Assembly: GCA_039028615.1 (NCBI GenBank)
Contig: JBCCHT010000001.1
Span: 544,001 to 608,000, forward strand
DNA from: Myxococcota bacterium
Lineage (GTDB): Bacteria; Myxococcota_A; Polyangia; Nannocystales; Nannocystaceae
Length of the DNA: 64,000 nt
Direction: 5' to 3'
A model generated the notes under the pieces. The model was not told the DNA's origin, ran no database searches, and worked only from the letters and a program-made list of their open reading frames with translations. This document shows, one piece after another, positions 37,233-47,509 of the stretch. Both the position numbers and the translations under genes were made by a program. Position 1 is the stretch's first letter; every line of letters begins with the position of its first letter.

Positions 37233-38447
37233 GTGAACGCCAAAACCGTCGCCACTGCAGTCCTGCTCGGCCTCTCGTCGCTCACGACGGGGTGTGACCC
37301 GCTCGAGGAGGAGCTGGGCGAGGCCACCCAAGAGCTGTCGGACAACGATTTCGAGCTCGTGGAGGCCAACTACCCCTACCGGGACGGGGCGCGAACCGTC
37401 TGCGCCGTGCTCGAGGCCGAGCTCGAAGACGGGCCCCAGAGGGTCACCGAGTACTACTACCTCGACCGGATGAACGCCGAGCTCGAGGCCGAGCCGCAGT
37501 GGCAGGCCTTCTCCGGGTTCTCCAACATCGAGACCTGCGACGACGCCCGGGAGTACCAGCAGCTGCGCCTCGAGTACGAGGAGGACATGGTGCCCGTGCG
37601 CACTCCGGTCCGCGACGAGCTGTTCCCCGAGGAGCCCTACACGGGCGTCCCCGTCGATCCCGACCACGGCCCGCGCGACAACGTGCCCCGAGTCGGTGAA
37701 GCCGACGGGTTCTCCAACAACGACGCGGTCGTGCAGATCACCGCCGCGTCCGGGGGCACCTGCAGCGGGACCCTCATCCACCCCCAGGTGGTCATCACCG
37801 CCGCACACTGCGTCGACGACGAGAACCGTAACGTCGGCCTGGTGCGCGAGGAAAACGGCGTCGTGCAGTCTCAGGTGAACCTCAGCGCAACGACCTACTC
37901 CCACCCCTCGTACCTGGGCGCGGGCGACCACGGTGACGACATCGGCCTGGTCGTGTTCGACAACCCCATCCCGGGCGTCGACGCAGGCGCGGACACCATG
38001 CGCGTCATGACCTCCTCGATCAACGATGGCGACCACGCCGTGTTCTACGGGTGGGGTCGAGCCAACCACGCCGGCACCGGCTCGGGCACGCAGCGCTTCG
38101 GCAACGTCACCATCGACTGGGCCAACTCCAAGTACATGCGCGACTCGGTGTGGTCCGGCGATCCGCGAATGTGCCGAGGCGACTCGGGAGGCACCATTCG
38201 GCTCAACCGCGGCGCCAACAACCTGAGCCACGACCTCGTCGGCGGTGCAGCATCCGAGTACCTGTACGGCAGCTCGAGCTGCCCCTACCCCGGCGGACGT
38301 CAGTGGTGGGCCGCGACCGGCCACAAGATCTCGTGGATCGAAGGCCGCATGCTCGCCGAGGGCATCGACATCACCACCGACGACGGCAACAGCACCGCCT
38401 GCCACCGCTTCTCGCAGTCGGGCCGCAGCTACATGCGCTGCTGGTAG
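37233..38447 (+). CDS. Trypsin-like (S1) serine protease lipoprotein
   Basis: TTGC lipobox; ITAAHC, DIGL, GDSGG catalytic triad motifs. Confidence 0.9.
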   Translation: MNAKTVATAVLLGLSSLTTGCDPLEEELGEATQELSDNDFELVEANYPYRDGARTVCAVLEAELEDGPQRVTEYYYLDRMNAELEAEPQWQAFSGFSNIETCDDAREYQQLRLEYEEDMVPVRTPVRDELFPEEPYTGVPVDPDHGPRDNVPRVGEADGFSNNDAVVQITAASGGTCSGTLIHPQVVITAAHCVDDENRNVGLVREENGVVQSQVNLSATTYSHPSYLGAGDHGDDIGLVVFDNPIPGVDAGADTMRVMTSSINDGDHAVFYGWGRANHAGTGSGTQRFGNVTIDWANSKYMRDSVWSGDPRMCRGDSGGTIRLNRGANNLSHDLVGGAASEYLYGSSSCPYPGGRQWWAATGHKISWIEGRMLAEGIDITTDDGNSTACHRFSQSGRSYMRCW

Positions 38448-38463
38448 CGCGCCCGCGCCGGGC

Positions 38464-39567
38464 TCACCGACAGGGGTCGGTGGGCCCGTTGTCGGCGTCC
38501 GTGCCGACGCGACGATTCACCCAGTCGAGCATGCTCCGATAGACCTCCGGCGCCTGGAGCTGGAGGTTGAGCACGTGCCCGGCATTGGCGACCACCTCGG
38601 TCTCGATGCAGGCCTCGGGCGCGAAGCGCTCCGCCTCGTTGGCCACCACCGCGGCCGTGTCGGTGCAGTCGAGCGTCTCGCCCTGCAGGCTGGTGCCGCA
38701 GCCGATGAAGTCCTGGTCGCCCACGATCTCGAACACGGGCACCTTCAGCTGGTCGGCACCTTCGTTGTAGTAGTTGATGATGCCGAAGACCTCGGTCAGC
38801 GAGACCGTCTCCCGCGTGTCGTAGTCGAGCTCGATGACCTCGGCCTCCGCCTGCTCGACCACGTAGAACGCCTCACGCGCCGCTCGACTCGAAGACAGGT
38901 AGCCCTCGCCCACGTCCCGGTCGTCGAAGCGCGAGTCCTCTTCCGCCGGGACCTGGTCGTCGGCGCTCGCCCGCACGTAGTCGCCGTTGACGTGGTGGAC
39001 GAAGCCGGTCAGCACGATGGCGTCGGTGTCCTCGGGGTACTCGATGCCGTGGGCCATGCTGATGACCGACCCCATCGAGTGCCCCACCGTGACCACCGAG
39101 CCGATCGGCTCCTCACGGGCCGCGGACTCGGCGTGCAAGAACTCGATGACCTGGTGCAGCACCCAGGCGTCCGCCTCGATGGTCAGCGCGTCGGCGGGCG
39201 GATAGTCGCTGGTCCCCACCCCCAGTCGCGCGAAGTTGAACACCGCGTAGCCCTCGGCCTGCGCCGCCTCGACGTAGGAGTAGACCTCGGGGCGATAGGT
39301 GAAATCCCAGTAGATGGGGCCGTAGCCTGCGCCGTGGCTGAGCACCTGCGTGGTGCGACCGGTGAGGTCGCCCGTCCAGCACAGCGTGCCTTGCACCTGA
39401 TACTCCGCCTCGGCCTCCGCGCTCAGACTCACGGGAATCGAGTACGCCTCGCAGTGTTCGATATTGGCCTCCGAACCCGTGTCGTCGGCAGAGCCGACCT
39501 CACATCCCAGACCGATCAACAGGCCGACCTGGCAGGTCATGATTCCCAGTAGCTCGAGACGGCGCAT
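38464..39567 (-). CDS. Alpha/beta hydrolase lipoprotein
   Basis: HGAG oxyanion motif, GHSMG nucleophile, GDQD, NAGH. Confidence 0.85.
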   Translation of the reverse strand: MRRLELLGIMTCQVGLLIGLGCEVGSADDTGSEANIEHCEAYSIPVSLSAEAEAEYQVQGTLCWTGDLTGRTTQVLSHGAGYGPIYWDFTYRPEVYSYVEAAQAEGYAVFNFARLGVGTSDYPPADALTIEADAWVLHQVIEFLHAESAAREEPIGSVVTVGHSMGSVISMAHGIEYPEDTDAIVLTGFVHHVNGDYVRASADDQVPAEEDSRFDDRDVGEGYLSSSRAAREAFYVVEQAEAEVIELDYDTRETVSLTEVFGIINYYNEGADQLKVPVFEIVGDQDFIGCGTSLQGETLDCTDTAAVVANEAERFAPEACIETEVVANAGHVLNLQLQAPEVYRSMLDWVNRRVGTDADNGPTDPCR

Positions 39568-39736
39568 CGGTGGCGGAACCTACCAGCACTCCGGGGAGCT
39601 GCCAGTCCCCGGCGGCTAGCCGTCGACACACGGCGGTTTTCAACGAGCTATTGAACCCGGTCGCGACAAAGTGGAGCAAGCTCTCGAACGGCTCGCCTCG
39701 ACGCGCCGCCGATCGGCCTTCACCTTTCGGCCCACC

Positions 39737-40573
39737 ATGAAGCCCCGCGAGCTGCCTACCGGTCGAGTTCTTCGCGCGAGCGCCTCCATGCTCCTGCCCT
39801 TGCTCGGGGCCTGCGTGTCCGTGCAAGAGGACGAGGCCGCCACCGACGTCGCCGCCCGACAGTGTGAGGAAGCCGAGCTCCACCTCGAGGCCTGCACGGG
39901 CGAGCCCATCGAGCTTCCCCACTGCGACCCCGAGGATGCTGAGCGCGTGCTCTCGCTCAGCTGCGAAGCCCTGACGGACCCGGGCAAAGCGGACTGGCTC
40001 GGCGACTGGCTGTGCGGGCTGGGATGGCTCCGCCACTGCGCTGCCCCCGACTGCGCGCCGCAGCCCGCGATCCAGGCCGAGATCGACGACGCGAGCAGCT
40101 GCGCCGACTACATCGGCCTCGACGGCTGCGGCGCGTGTGACTACTACCTGTGCCGCGAAGCCGAGCGAGCGCAGCCCTGCGGCGCCGACGGCTACTACGT
40201 GGGCTTTGGTCACAACTACTGCGATCGCTTCAGCGAGCTCACCGCGCCGCGCTTGTCCCCCGCCGGGCAGCAGTGGATCGCCGATGTGCGCGCCTGCCTG
40301 CAGCTCGCCCTCGAGGACGTCCCCCACGACCTCGAGTGCGATGCCCTGCGCGACCATGCCTACGCCACGCACCCCGCCTGCTACGTGGAGACCGGCTTCT
40401 GCCAGCTGCCGATCACCGACCTGTGGACGGTGCTCAACACCGTCGAGCTGCAGGACCTGGGCTTCCGTCAGCCGCTGATGACCGGGGTCTCGTGCCTGGG
40501 TGAGCTGTTCGACCCGCAGACCCTCGAGCTGACCGACGAGGGCCGAAGCCGCTGGCTGGCCGAAGCCCCGTAG
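39737..40573 (+). CDS. Cys-rich lipoprotein with stanniocalcin-like domain
   Basis: LGAC lipobox, GKAD motif, CGADGYYVGFGHNYC...WIADVRACLQ...HPACYVETGFC. Confidence 0.65.
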   Translation: MKPRELPTGRVLRASASMLLPLLGACVSVQEDEAATDVAARQCEEAELHLEACTGEPIELPHCDPEDAERVLSLSCEALTDPGKADWLGDWLCGLGWLRHCAAPDCAPQPAIQAEIDDASSCADYIGLDGCGACDYYLCREAERAQPCGADGYYVGFGHNYCDRFSELTAPRLSPAGQQWIADVRACLQLALEDVPHDLECDALRDHAYATHPACYVETGFCQLPITDLWTVLNTVELQDLGFRQPLMTGVSCLGELFDPQTLELTDEGRSRWLAEAP

Positions 40574-40579
40574 TCGCGC

Positions 40580-40993
40580 TCAGGACTTGGTCGCGCCGTA
40601 CTGCTCCTGGATCTCGAACGCATCGTAGAGCAGGCGCCAGGCACCGTCGGCCTCCTCGACCCAGCGCTCGCAGGTGATGATGCCGTGGCCCACGTTCATC
40701 GACCATGACGCGCTCAGCTCGACCGTCTTGGCATCGACGACGTGGAGCTTCACGTCGCGATAGACCAAGTCGGTCGCGCCGCTCGCCATGAAGGGTCGCC
40801 AAAAATCGTCGATCGCCTGGCGGCCCTCGAAGCGCCCCATGGGCTTGGCTTCCATCACCGCGCCCGGCGTATACGCCCGCACGCAGGCGTCGGTGTCGCC
40901 ATCGTTGAAGCTGCGAACCCACGCCACGCTCGTCTCGAGGACGGCCGCCATCACCCGCTGCTCGAATCCGCCTGTCTGGATCTCGGTGTTCAT
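40580..40993 (-). CDS. NTF2/SnoaL-like protein
   Basis: WVRSFNDGD...AYTPGAVM...GRQAIDDFW; divergent from LysR. Confidence 0.75.
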   Translation of the reverse strand: MNTEIQTGGFEQRVMAAVLETSVAWVRSFNDGDTDACVRAYTPGAVMEAKPMGRFEGRQAIDDFWRPFMASGATDLVYRDVKLHVVDAKTVELSASWSMNVGHGIITCERWVEEADGAWRLLYDAFEIQEQYGATKS

Positions 40994-41057
40994 GCTCTGA
41001 CCATGCGTGTGCGCCAATGCGCATCAATCTGCGATTTTGAGATACAGTTGTGCACTG

Positions 41058-41951
41058 ATGCACAACGACCTCGACTGGGACGACCTGCGCATGCTCCTGG
41101 CGATCCTTCGCGAGGGCTCGTTCCTCGGAGGCGCACGCACGCTCGAGATCAGCCACACGACGGCCTCGCGCCGGACGGCCGCGCTGGAGCGAGCCCTCGG
41201 CGTGCAGTTGCTCGAGCGGACCCCCGATGGACTGCTACCCACCGCCGCCGGCGAGCACGTACGGGACCTGGCCGAGCGCGCCGAGGCGGACATGCTCGCG
41301 CTGCGCCGCACCATCGCGGGGCAGGACATGCGGCTATTCGGCACCGTCCGCGTCGCGATGCCCTACTTGCTCGCGACCTACCTGCTGATGCCCACGCTGG
41401 CGGACTTCGCCCGGCAGTACCCCGACATCACGCTCGAGCTCGTCGCGAGCTACGAGCACGCGGACCTTCTGCGGCGTGAAGCCGACGTCGCGATCCGAGT
41501 GACCAACGATCCCCCGCAGTCGGCGGTGGGGCGGCGCATTGCGACGCTGGAGACGGGCCTGTACGTCGCCCGCAAGTCCCGGACCTCCACTCCGGCCTAC
41601 GTCGGCCTCGACGACGGTCGGCCCGTGCCTCGCTGGTACCACGCGCGCTACCCCGAGGCGCCGCTGGGTGTGCGGGTCAACGACTACCCGCTCCTGCTCG
41701 AAGCGGTGCGGTCGGGCCTCGGTGCCGCCGCGCTGCCGATGTGCGTGGCCGAGCGCCAGACCGGCCTGCGTCGCGTAGCCCCGTTGCCCGAGCAAGACGT
41801 CGGGCTGTGGGTGCTGACCCACGCCGACCTGCGTCGGACCGCCCGCATCCGCGCCCTGCTCGATTGGCTGGCCGAAGCCCTTCCGCCGCTGCTGGTCACG
41901 CCAGCGCGTCGAGACTCTCGAGGTCGAGGATCGTCACGCGCTGGCGCGTGA
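41058..41951 (+). CDS. LysR-family transcriptional regulator
   Basis: DWDDLR...GSFLGGARTLEISHTTASRR HTH; READVAIR. Confidence 0.92.
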   Translation: MHNDLDWDDLRMLLAILREGSFLGGARTLEISHTTASRRTAALERALGVQLLERTPDGLLPTAAGEHVRDLAERAEADMLALRRTIAGQDMRLFGTVRVAMPYLLATYLLMPTLADFARQYPDITLELVASYEHADLLRREADVAIRVTNDPPQSAVGRRIATLETGLYVARKSRTSTPAYVGLDDGRPVPRWYHARYPEAPLGVRVNDYPLLLEAVRSGLGAAALPMCVAERQTGLRRVAPLPEQDVGLWVLTHADLRRTARIRALLDWLAEALPPLLVTPARRDSRGRGSSRAGA

Positions 41952-42666
41952 TCTCGACCAGGCCCGCCCGGCGCAGCTTGGCCTGCGCCCGCGTGACCTC
42001 GGCCCGGGTCGTACCCAGAAGCTCGGCCACCGTCTGCACGTCGAGGTCGCGGATGAGCTCGACCCGCTGCTTGCCGCCTTCGGCCCCGTTGCCCCCCTCG
42101 GCCCGCTGCACGTCGCGTCGCGCCAGGAACACCAAGAACGCGGCCAGCCGCTGCTCGACCGAGCGCAGCGACAGGTCGTAGATGAGCTCGAGCATCCGCC
42201 CCTGGCGGTAGCCCAGGGTCTGCACCAAGGCGAGCGCCACCGCCCCGCAGCGCAGCCCCGCCGCGCGAAGATCGGCGTACGACAGCTGCCAGGCGCTCGC
42301 CTCCGAGCGGGCGAAACACGACACGCGGCAGGTCTCGCCCTCGGCGGTGAGCCCCTCGGACACGAGCTTGCCGGCATCGGCCAAGAACACGATCTGCTCG
42401 CGCCCCTCGCTGGAGATCATGCTGACCTGGTACTCGCCGCGGCGCACGAAGAAGAGCCCGGCGCACGGGTCCCCGCGACGGAACAGGGCGCGCTTGGGGG
42501 CCGTCTCGACCAGCCGTGCATGACGACACAGGTCGACCAGCACCTCGTCGGGCACGTGCGGCCAGCCGAAGCCGGCCCCGCTCAACAGGCCGGCCAGCGC
42601 CACTGCGGCCTCTTCGTCCGCCCTCACCCGGAAAGGATAGTGCGCGAGCCCGACCCCGCCAAACAC
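41896..42666 (-). CDS. Crp/Fnr-family transcriptional regulator
   Basis: LFRRGD...GLFFVRRG...EGREQI cNMP-binding fold; VAELLGTTRAEVTR HTH. Confidence 0.85.
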   Translation of the reverse strand: MFGGVGLAHYPFRVRADEEAAVALAGLLSGAGFGWPHVPDEVLVDLCRHARLVETAPKRALFRRGDPCAGLFFVRRGEYQVSMISSEGREQIVFLADAGKLVSEGLTAEGETCRVSCFARSEASAWQLSYADLRAAGLRCGAVALALVQTLGYRQGRMLELIYDLSLRSVEQRLAAFLVFLARRDVQRAEGGNGAEGGKQRVELIRDLDVQTVAELLGTTRAEVTRAQAKLRRAGLVEITRQRVTILDLESLDALA

Positions 42667-42743
42667 CCGGATGGATCATTCCTCTCATTGTCGCGACGGC
42701 AAAGACGCGGACGCCGGCCCCCCGCCGCCCCGAGACTGCCCCC

Positions 42744-43715
42744 ATGCGATTGGCAACCCTCGACGACGACAGCCGCGACGGCCACCTGGTGGTGGTGGAT
42801 CAGACCGGCGACCGCTACGCCTCCGCCGCCCCCATCGTGCCCACGCTGCAGGCCGCGCTGGACGACTGGTCCACCCACGAGGGTCCGCTGCGAGCCCTCG
42901 CCGCCAAGGTCGAGGCGGGGCTCGTGCCCACCCAGCCCATCGACGCAGACCAACTGCTGGCCCCGCTGCCTCGCGCCTACGAGTGGATCGACGGCTCGGC
43001 GTACATCAACCACATCGTCTTGGTGCGCAAGGCTCGGGGCGCGGAACCTCCCCCCACCCTGCGCACGGAGCCGCTGGTCTACCAGGGCGGTTCCGGCCGC
43101 CTGCTCGGCCCCCGCGCCCCGATCTCCACGTTCGGGGGTGATGCCGGGCTCGATTTCGAGGGTGAGATCTGCGTGGTGCTGGGCGACGTGCCCCAGGGCA
43201 CCCGGGCGCAGGACGCCGAGCAGTACATCCGCCTCGTGCTGCTGTGCAACGACGTGTCGCTGCGCTCGTTGATCCCCGGCGAGCTGTCCAAGGGCTTCGG
43301 GTTCTTCGTCTCCAAGCCCGCCACCGCGTTCTCTCCCCTCGCGGTGACCCCCGACGTGCTGGGCGACGCGTGGCAAGGCGGCCGACTCCACCTGCCCCTC
43401 GAGGTCACGCTCAACGAGCGGCGCATGGGCTTCGCCCACGCTGGCACCGAGATGCACTTTTCCTTCCACGACCTCATCGAGCACGTCACCCGCACGCGCA
43501 GCCTGACCGCGGGGACGATCCTCGGCAGCGGCACCGTCTCCAACGAAGCGCCCGAGACCGGCGTGTCGTGCCTGGCCGAGCGCCGCATGGAGGAGATCAT
43601 CGCTGGGGGCGAGGCCACCACTCCGTTCCTGCAGCACGGCGACCGCGTCCAGATTCGCATGCGCAACGCCGAAGGCACCGACCTGTTCGGCACCATCAGC
43701 CAGGAAGTGCGATGA
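42744..43715 (+). CDS. Fumarylacetoacetate hydrolase family protein
   Basis: WIDGSAYINH, DFEGE, NDVSLR, SKPATAFSP, GSGTVSN. Confidence 0.9.
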   Translation: MRLATLDDDSRDGHLVVVDQTGDRYASAAPIVPTLQAALDDWSTHEGPLRALAAKVEAGLVPTQPIDADQLLAPLPRAYEWIDGSAYINHIVLVRKARGAEPPPTLRTEPLVYQGGSGRLLGPRAPISTFGGDAGLDFEGEICVVLGDVPQGTRAQDAEQYIRLVLLCNDVSLRSLIPGELSKGFGFFVSKPATAFSPLAVTPDVLGDAWQGGRLHLPLEVTLNERRMGFAHAGTEMHFSFHDLIEHVTRTRSLTAGTILGSGTVSNEAPETGVSCLAERRMEEIIAGGEATTPFLQHGDRVQIRMRNAEGTDLFGTISQEVR

Positions 43716-44362
43716 GCTTGGTGCTCCACGGCTACTGGCGCAGCAGCTGCTCGTGGCGGGTACGAATCGCGCTCGCCCACAAGGGCATCGCCGTCGAGCA
43801 CCACCCCGTGAACCTGCTGCAGGGCGAACACCGTGAGGACTCCTTCCGCGCCCTCACTCCCGCCACGCGGGTGCCCGTGCTGGAAGACCGCGGGTCCGAT
43901 CCCGTCCTGCGCCTGAGCGAGTCGATGGCGATCCTCGAGTGGCTCGAGCAACGGTGGCCGAAGCCGCCGCTGCTGCCCGAGGAGCCCAGCGCTCGAGCCC
44001 GTGTTCGCCAGGTGGCCCTTCATGTCGCCAGTGCGATTCAGCCGCTGCAGAACGTCGGCCTGCTCGCCCAGCTCCGTGAGGTCGGCGTCGATGCTCGGGC
44101 CTTTGCGGCAGCACGGATCGCCGAAGGCCTGACCCGGCTCGAGGCCATGCTCACCGACCACGAGGGCCCCTTTGCCTGCGGGCCCGCCCCGACCTTCGCC
44201 GACGTCTGCCTCGTCCCTCAGCTGTACAACGCGCGCCGCTTCGACGTAGCGCTCGACTGCTTCCCTCGCCTGCTCGCCGCCGAAGCGGCCTGTGAGCGAC
44301 TTCCGGCCTTCGTGAAGGCCCATCCCGACCAACAACCCGATCGTCCGAGGACTGCATCATGA
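43712..44362 (+). CDS. maiA: Maleylacetoacetate isomerase (GST zeta)
   Basis: YWRSSCSWRVRIAL, IQPLQN, ADVCLVPQLYNARRF. Confidence 0.93.
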   Translation: MSLVLHGYWRSSCSWRVRIALAHKGIAVEHHPVNLLQGEHREDSFRALTPATRVPVLEDRGSDPVLRLSESMAILEWLEQRWPKPPLLPEEPSARARVRQVALHVASAIQPLQNVGLLAQLREVGVDARAFAAARIAEGLTRLEAMLTDHEGPFACGPAPTFADVCLVPQLYNARRFDVALDCFPRLLAAEAACERLPAFVKAHPDQQPDRPRTAS

Positions 44363-45513
44363 ACGACGCCACCGAGTCCCTGGGTCTCAAGGGCATCTAC
44401 GCCCTGCACCTGTACGTCCGTGACCTTCGCCGCTATCGCAGCCTGCTCTGTGACCAGCTCGACTTCGCCGAGATCGGCGTCAGCGGCCCCGAGCTGACCG
44501 AGAAGGGGCGTCAACGCTCCGCGCTATTCGAGGCGGGAGGCTGTCGCCTGCTCGTATGCGAGCCGCAGGGCAAGGGCGGCCGGGCGTGGCGCTTCCTCAA
44601 CAAGCACCCCGAGGGCATCGGCACGATCGCGTTCGAGGTCGAGGACATCGAGCATTGCTTTGCCGTGCTCGAGGCCCGCGGCGCCACCATGATCGACGAG
44701 ATCCAGCGCTGGAGCGACGACACGGGCTCGCTGGCGTCGTTCTCCATCACCACGCCCTTCGGCGACGCCACCTTCCGCTTCGTGGAGCGTCGCGGCAACG
44801 CGCCGCTCATCGTCGGCCTCGACCACTACGAGACCCCGCGTGGCGGCAGCAACCGCCTGGGCTTCCGCGGCATCGACCACATCACGTCCAACTTCCCCAC
44901 CATGAAGCCCGCCCTGCTGTGGATGGAGCACGTGCTCGGCTTCAAGGAGTACTGGAGCGTCGAGTTCCACACCAACGATGTCGCCCAGTCCGCGGACCAC
45001 GGCTCGGGGCTCAAGTCGGTCGTCATGTGGGACCCCCACTCCGGCATCAAGTTCGCGAACAACGAGCCCTCGCGACCGCACTTCCGCTCCTCGCAGATCA
45101 ACGTATTCGCCGAGGAGCACCGTGGCTCGGGCGTGCAGCACTTCGCCCTCGCCTGCCACGACATCCTCTCCACCGTGCGGGCCATGCGAGAGCGCGAGGT
45201 CGAGTTCATGCCGACCCCGGGCACCTACTACGACGCGCTGCCCGAACGACTGCGCACGCTGGGGGTGGAGCGCATCGAGGAAGACATCGAGCAGCTTCGC
45301 GAGCTCCAGATCCTGGTCGACGGAGAAGCCAAGGGCTCCTACCTCCTGCAGATCTTCATGCGGGAGGCGGCAGGCCTGTTCGCGGACGACGATGCCGGTC
45401 CCGCATTCATCGAGATCATCCAGCGCAAGGGCGACGATGGGTTCGGCGCGGGTAACTTCCGCGCGCTCTTCGAGAGCATCGAGCGACAGCAAGTGGAGGA
45501 AGGACGGATCTGA
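44359..45513 (+). CDS. hppD: 4-hydroxyphenylpyruvate dioxygenase
   Basis: IDHI, GVQHFAL, YLLQIF, EIIQRKG...FGAGNFRALFESIE. Confidence 0.93.
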   Translation: MNDATESLGLKGIYALHLYVRDLRRYRSLLCDQLDFAEIGVSGPELTEKGRQRSALFEAGGCRLLVCEPQGKGGRAWRFLNKHPEGIGTIAFEVEDIEHCFAVLEARGATMIDEIQRWSDDTGSLASFSITTPFGDATFRFVERRGNAPLIVGLDHYETPRGGSNRLGFRGIDHITSNFPTMKPALLWMEHVLGFKEYWSVEFHTNDVAQSADHGSGLKSVVMWDPHSGIKFANNEPSRPHFRSSQINVFAEEHRGSGVQHFALACHDILSTVRAMREREVEFMPTPGTYYDALPERLRTLGVERIEEDIEQLRELQILVDGEAKGSYLLQIFMREAAGLFADDDAGPAFIEIIQRKGDDGFGAGNFRALFESIERQQVEEGRI

Positions 45514-46688
45514 TGCTGGAACGCATGCAATGCGGGCAGGTGCCCGACAAGCACCACATCGCCCTGCAGTCGCCCGAGGGCCAGCTGCGCTGGGAAGAGT
45601 GCCTCACTCGCCAGGGGTTCGACGGGCCGTACACCATCCTGTACCGCGAGCACGAGCCGCACCTGCAGAACCCGGCTAGCATCGGCAAGGGCTGGGCGAA
45701 CCCGAGCGCGGAGTCGCGAGCGACCCCGCCGCTGCTGCGGCGGCACTTCCAGACCCCGAAGCTGACCGCCCACTCGGGCGGCCCCATCGAGGCGCGAACG
45801 CCCCTGCTGCACAACGAGGACGTGGTCGTCAGCGTGGTCAAGCCGACGCTCAACGACGCCCGCTACTTCTCGAACGCCGACGGCGACGATCTGTACTTCG
45901 TCCTCGAGGGCGGCGGCACGCTCCGCTCGCCGATGGGTGATCTGCGCTTTGGCACCAACGACTACGTGTTCGTGCCTCGTGGCGTCGCCCACCGCATGAT
46001 CCTCGACGAGGGGCCGCAGTTCTGGCTGTCCATCGAGTGCCACGGCGGCCTGTCGGTGCCGCAGCAGTGGCGCAACGAGGTCGGCCAGCTGCGCATGGAC
46101 GCGCCCTATTGTCATCGCGACTTCGGCCGCCCCGTGTTCGAGGGACCCCGCGACGAGGGCCTGCGCAAGCTGCTGATCAAGCGCGGCGGCCAGTTCCACG
46201 GCTTCGAGCTCGCCAACAACCCGCTCGACGTCGTCGGCTGGGACGGCACCGTCTACCCCTGGACCTTCCCCATCCTCGCGTTCCAACCCCGCGTGGGCAT
46301 GGTGCACTTGCCCCCGAGCTGGCACGGGACCTTCGCCGCCCGCGGGGCGCTGATCTGCAGCTTCGTGCCCCGCCCGGTCGACTTCCACCGCGACGCGATT
46401 CCTTGCCCCTACCCGCACAGCTCGGTCGACGTCGACGAGGTGCTGTTCTACTGCTCGGGCGACTTCACCTCGCGCGAAGGCGTGGGCCCGGGCAGCGTCT
46501 CGTTGCACCCGGCTGGTGTGCCGCACGGGCCCCACGCTGGCGCCTACGAGCGCAGCCGCGGCACCACCCGCACCAACGAGATGGCGGTGATGCTCGACTG
46601 TGCGCGGCCGCTGTATCCGACGGCCGCGGCGAAGGACATCGAGGACGAGGCCTATCACCGCAGCTTCGGGCACGCGCCCAGCCGCTGA
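45513..46688 (+). CDS. hmgA: Homogentisate 1,2-dioxygenase
   Basis: NADGDDL, DVVGWDG, HLPP, PYPHSSVDVDEVLFY, HGPH. Confidence 0.9.
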   Translation: MLERMQCGQVPDKHHIALQSPEGQLRWEECLTRQGFDGPYTILYREHEPHLQNPASIGKGWANPSAESRATPPLLRRHFQTPKLTAHSGGPIEARTPLLHNEDVVVSVVKPTLNDARYFSNADGDDLYFVLEGGGTLRSPMGDLRFGTNDYVFVPRGVAHRMILDEGPQFWLSIECHGGLSVPQQWRNEVGQLRMDAPYCHRDFGRPVFEGPRDEGLRKLLIKRGGQFHGFELANNPLDVVGWDGTVYPWTFPILAFQPRVGMVHLPPSWHGTFAARGALICSFVPRPVDFHRDAIPCPYPHSSVDVDEVLFYCSGDFTSREGVGPGSVSLHPAGVPHGPHAGAYERSRGTTRTNEMAVMLDCARPLYPTAAAKDIEDEAYHRSFGHAPSR

Positions 46689-46754
46689 GACACCGCAACG
46701 AGACGAAGACCGCGGCTCCCGAGACGGGACCCGCGGCCTCCCACATTGTCCCGC

Positions 46755-47489
46755 CTAGCCCTCGGCGGCGACGCGGCGCCGTTCCTCCAGGGCCAGCCAG
46801 CGCTCGACCGCCTCCGGCTCGACCAGCCCCTCCAGGGCGGCCCGGCGAGCATCCACGTCATCGACTGGGATCTCGGCCAGCGCCTCGTGGATCCGCGTCA
46901 GCACGTGCGACCGAGACTCTTCCTCGGCGGGCCCCTCGACTCGCTGCCGAAGCGCCAACAGCTGCGCCCGCTTGGCCTCGGTGCTCAGCGTGGAGTCCCG
47001 CAGGATGCCCTGGAGACGGACCGACGCGGACAGGCGAGAGCCTTCGTCGGGCACCCCGGCTACGTCGCCGACCGTGCGCATGCGGATCTCGGACAGCGCC
47101 AGCACCATCGCCCGCTCCCCTCCCGCCGCCGCCTCCGGGTCCTGCACCAGCGACGCGGCCTCGCGTCGGTAGTCCAGATAGCCATGGAACGCCTCCCACG
47201 CCTCGCGCTCGGCCTCTCCGGCCATGCGAGCCTCGATCTCCTTCCACACCCGGGCATGCAGGGCGCCGTCGTCGACCTCGCCCTCGGCCGCCAGGAAGTG
47301 GTCGAAGAACGCCCGCGACTGCTCGTCGAACACGAAGTGTCCGTCCTGGTCCACGCTGAGCTGACCGTCGATTTCGACCCCCTCCAGTGAGCGGGGGTAG
47401 GCCGGGTCGGGCAGCTCGACGCCCATGTCGCAGGCCCCACCGAAGGCCATCGTCAGCACCAAGACACTCGCTTTGATCATGTGATTCAT
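46755..47489 (-). CDS. Lipase chaperone (foldase)-like lipoprotein
   Basis: PRSLEGVEIDGQL...FFDHFLAAEGE resembles the Lif motif; GGAC lipobox; follows the lipase gene. Confidence 0.75.
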   Translation of the reverse strand: MNHMIKASVLVLTMAFGGACDMGVELPDPAYPRSLEGVEIDGQLSVDQDGHFVFDEQSRAFFDHFLAAEGEVDDGALHARVWKEIEARMAGEAEREAWEAFHGYLDYRREAASLVQDPEAAAGGERAMVLALSEIRMRTVGDVAGVPDEGSRLSASVRLQGILRDSTLSTEAKRAQLLALRQRVEGPAEEESRSHVLTRIHEALAEIPVDDVDARRAALEGLVEPEAVERWLALEERRRVAAEG

Positions 47490-47509
47490 CGTCGTCTCCT
47501 TTCCGGCGC

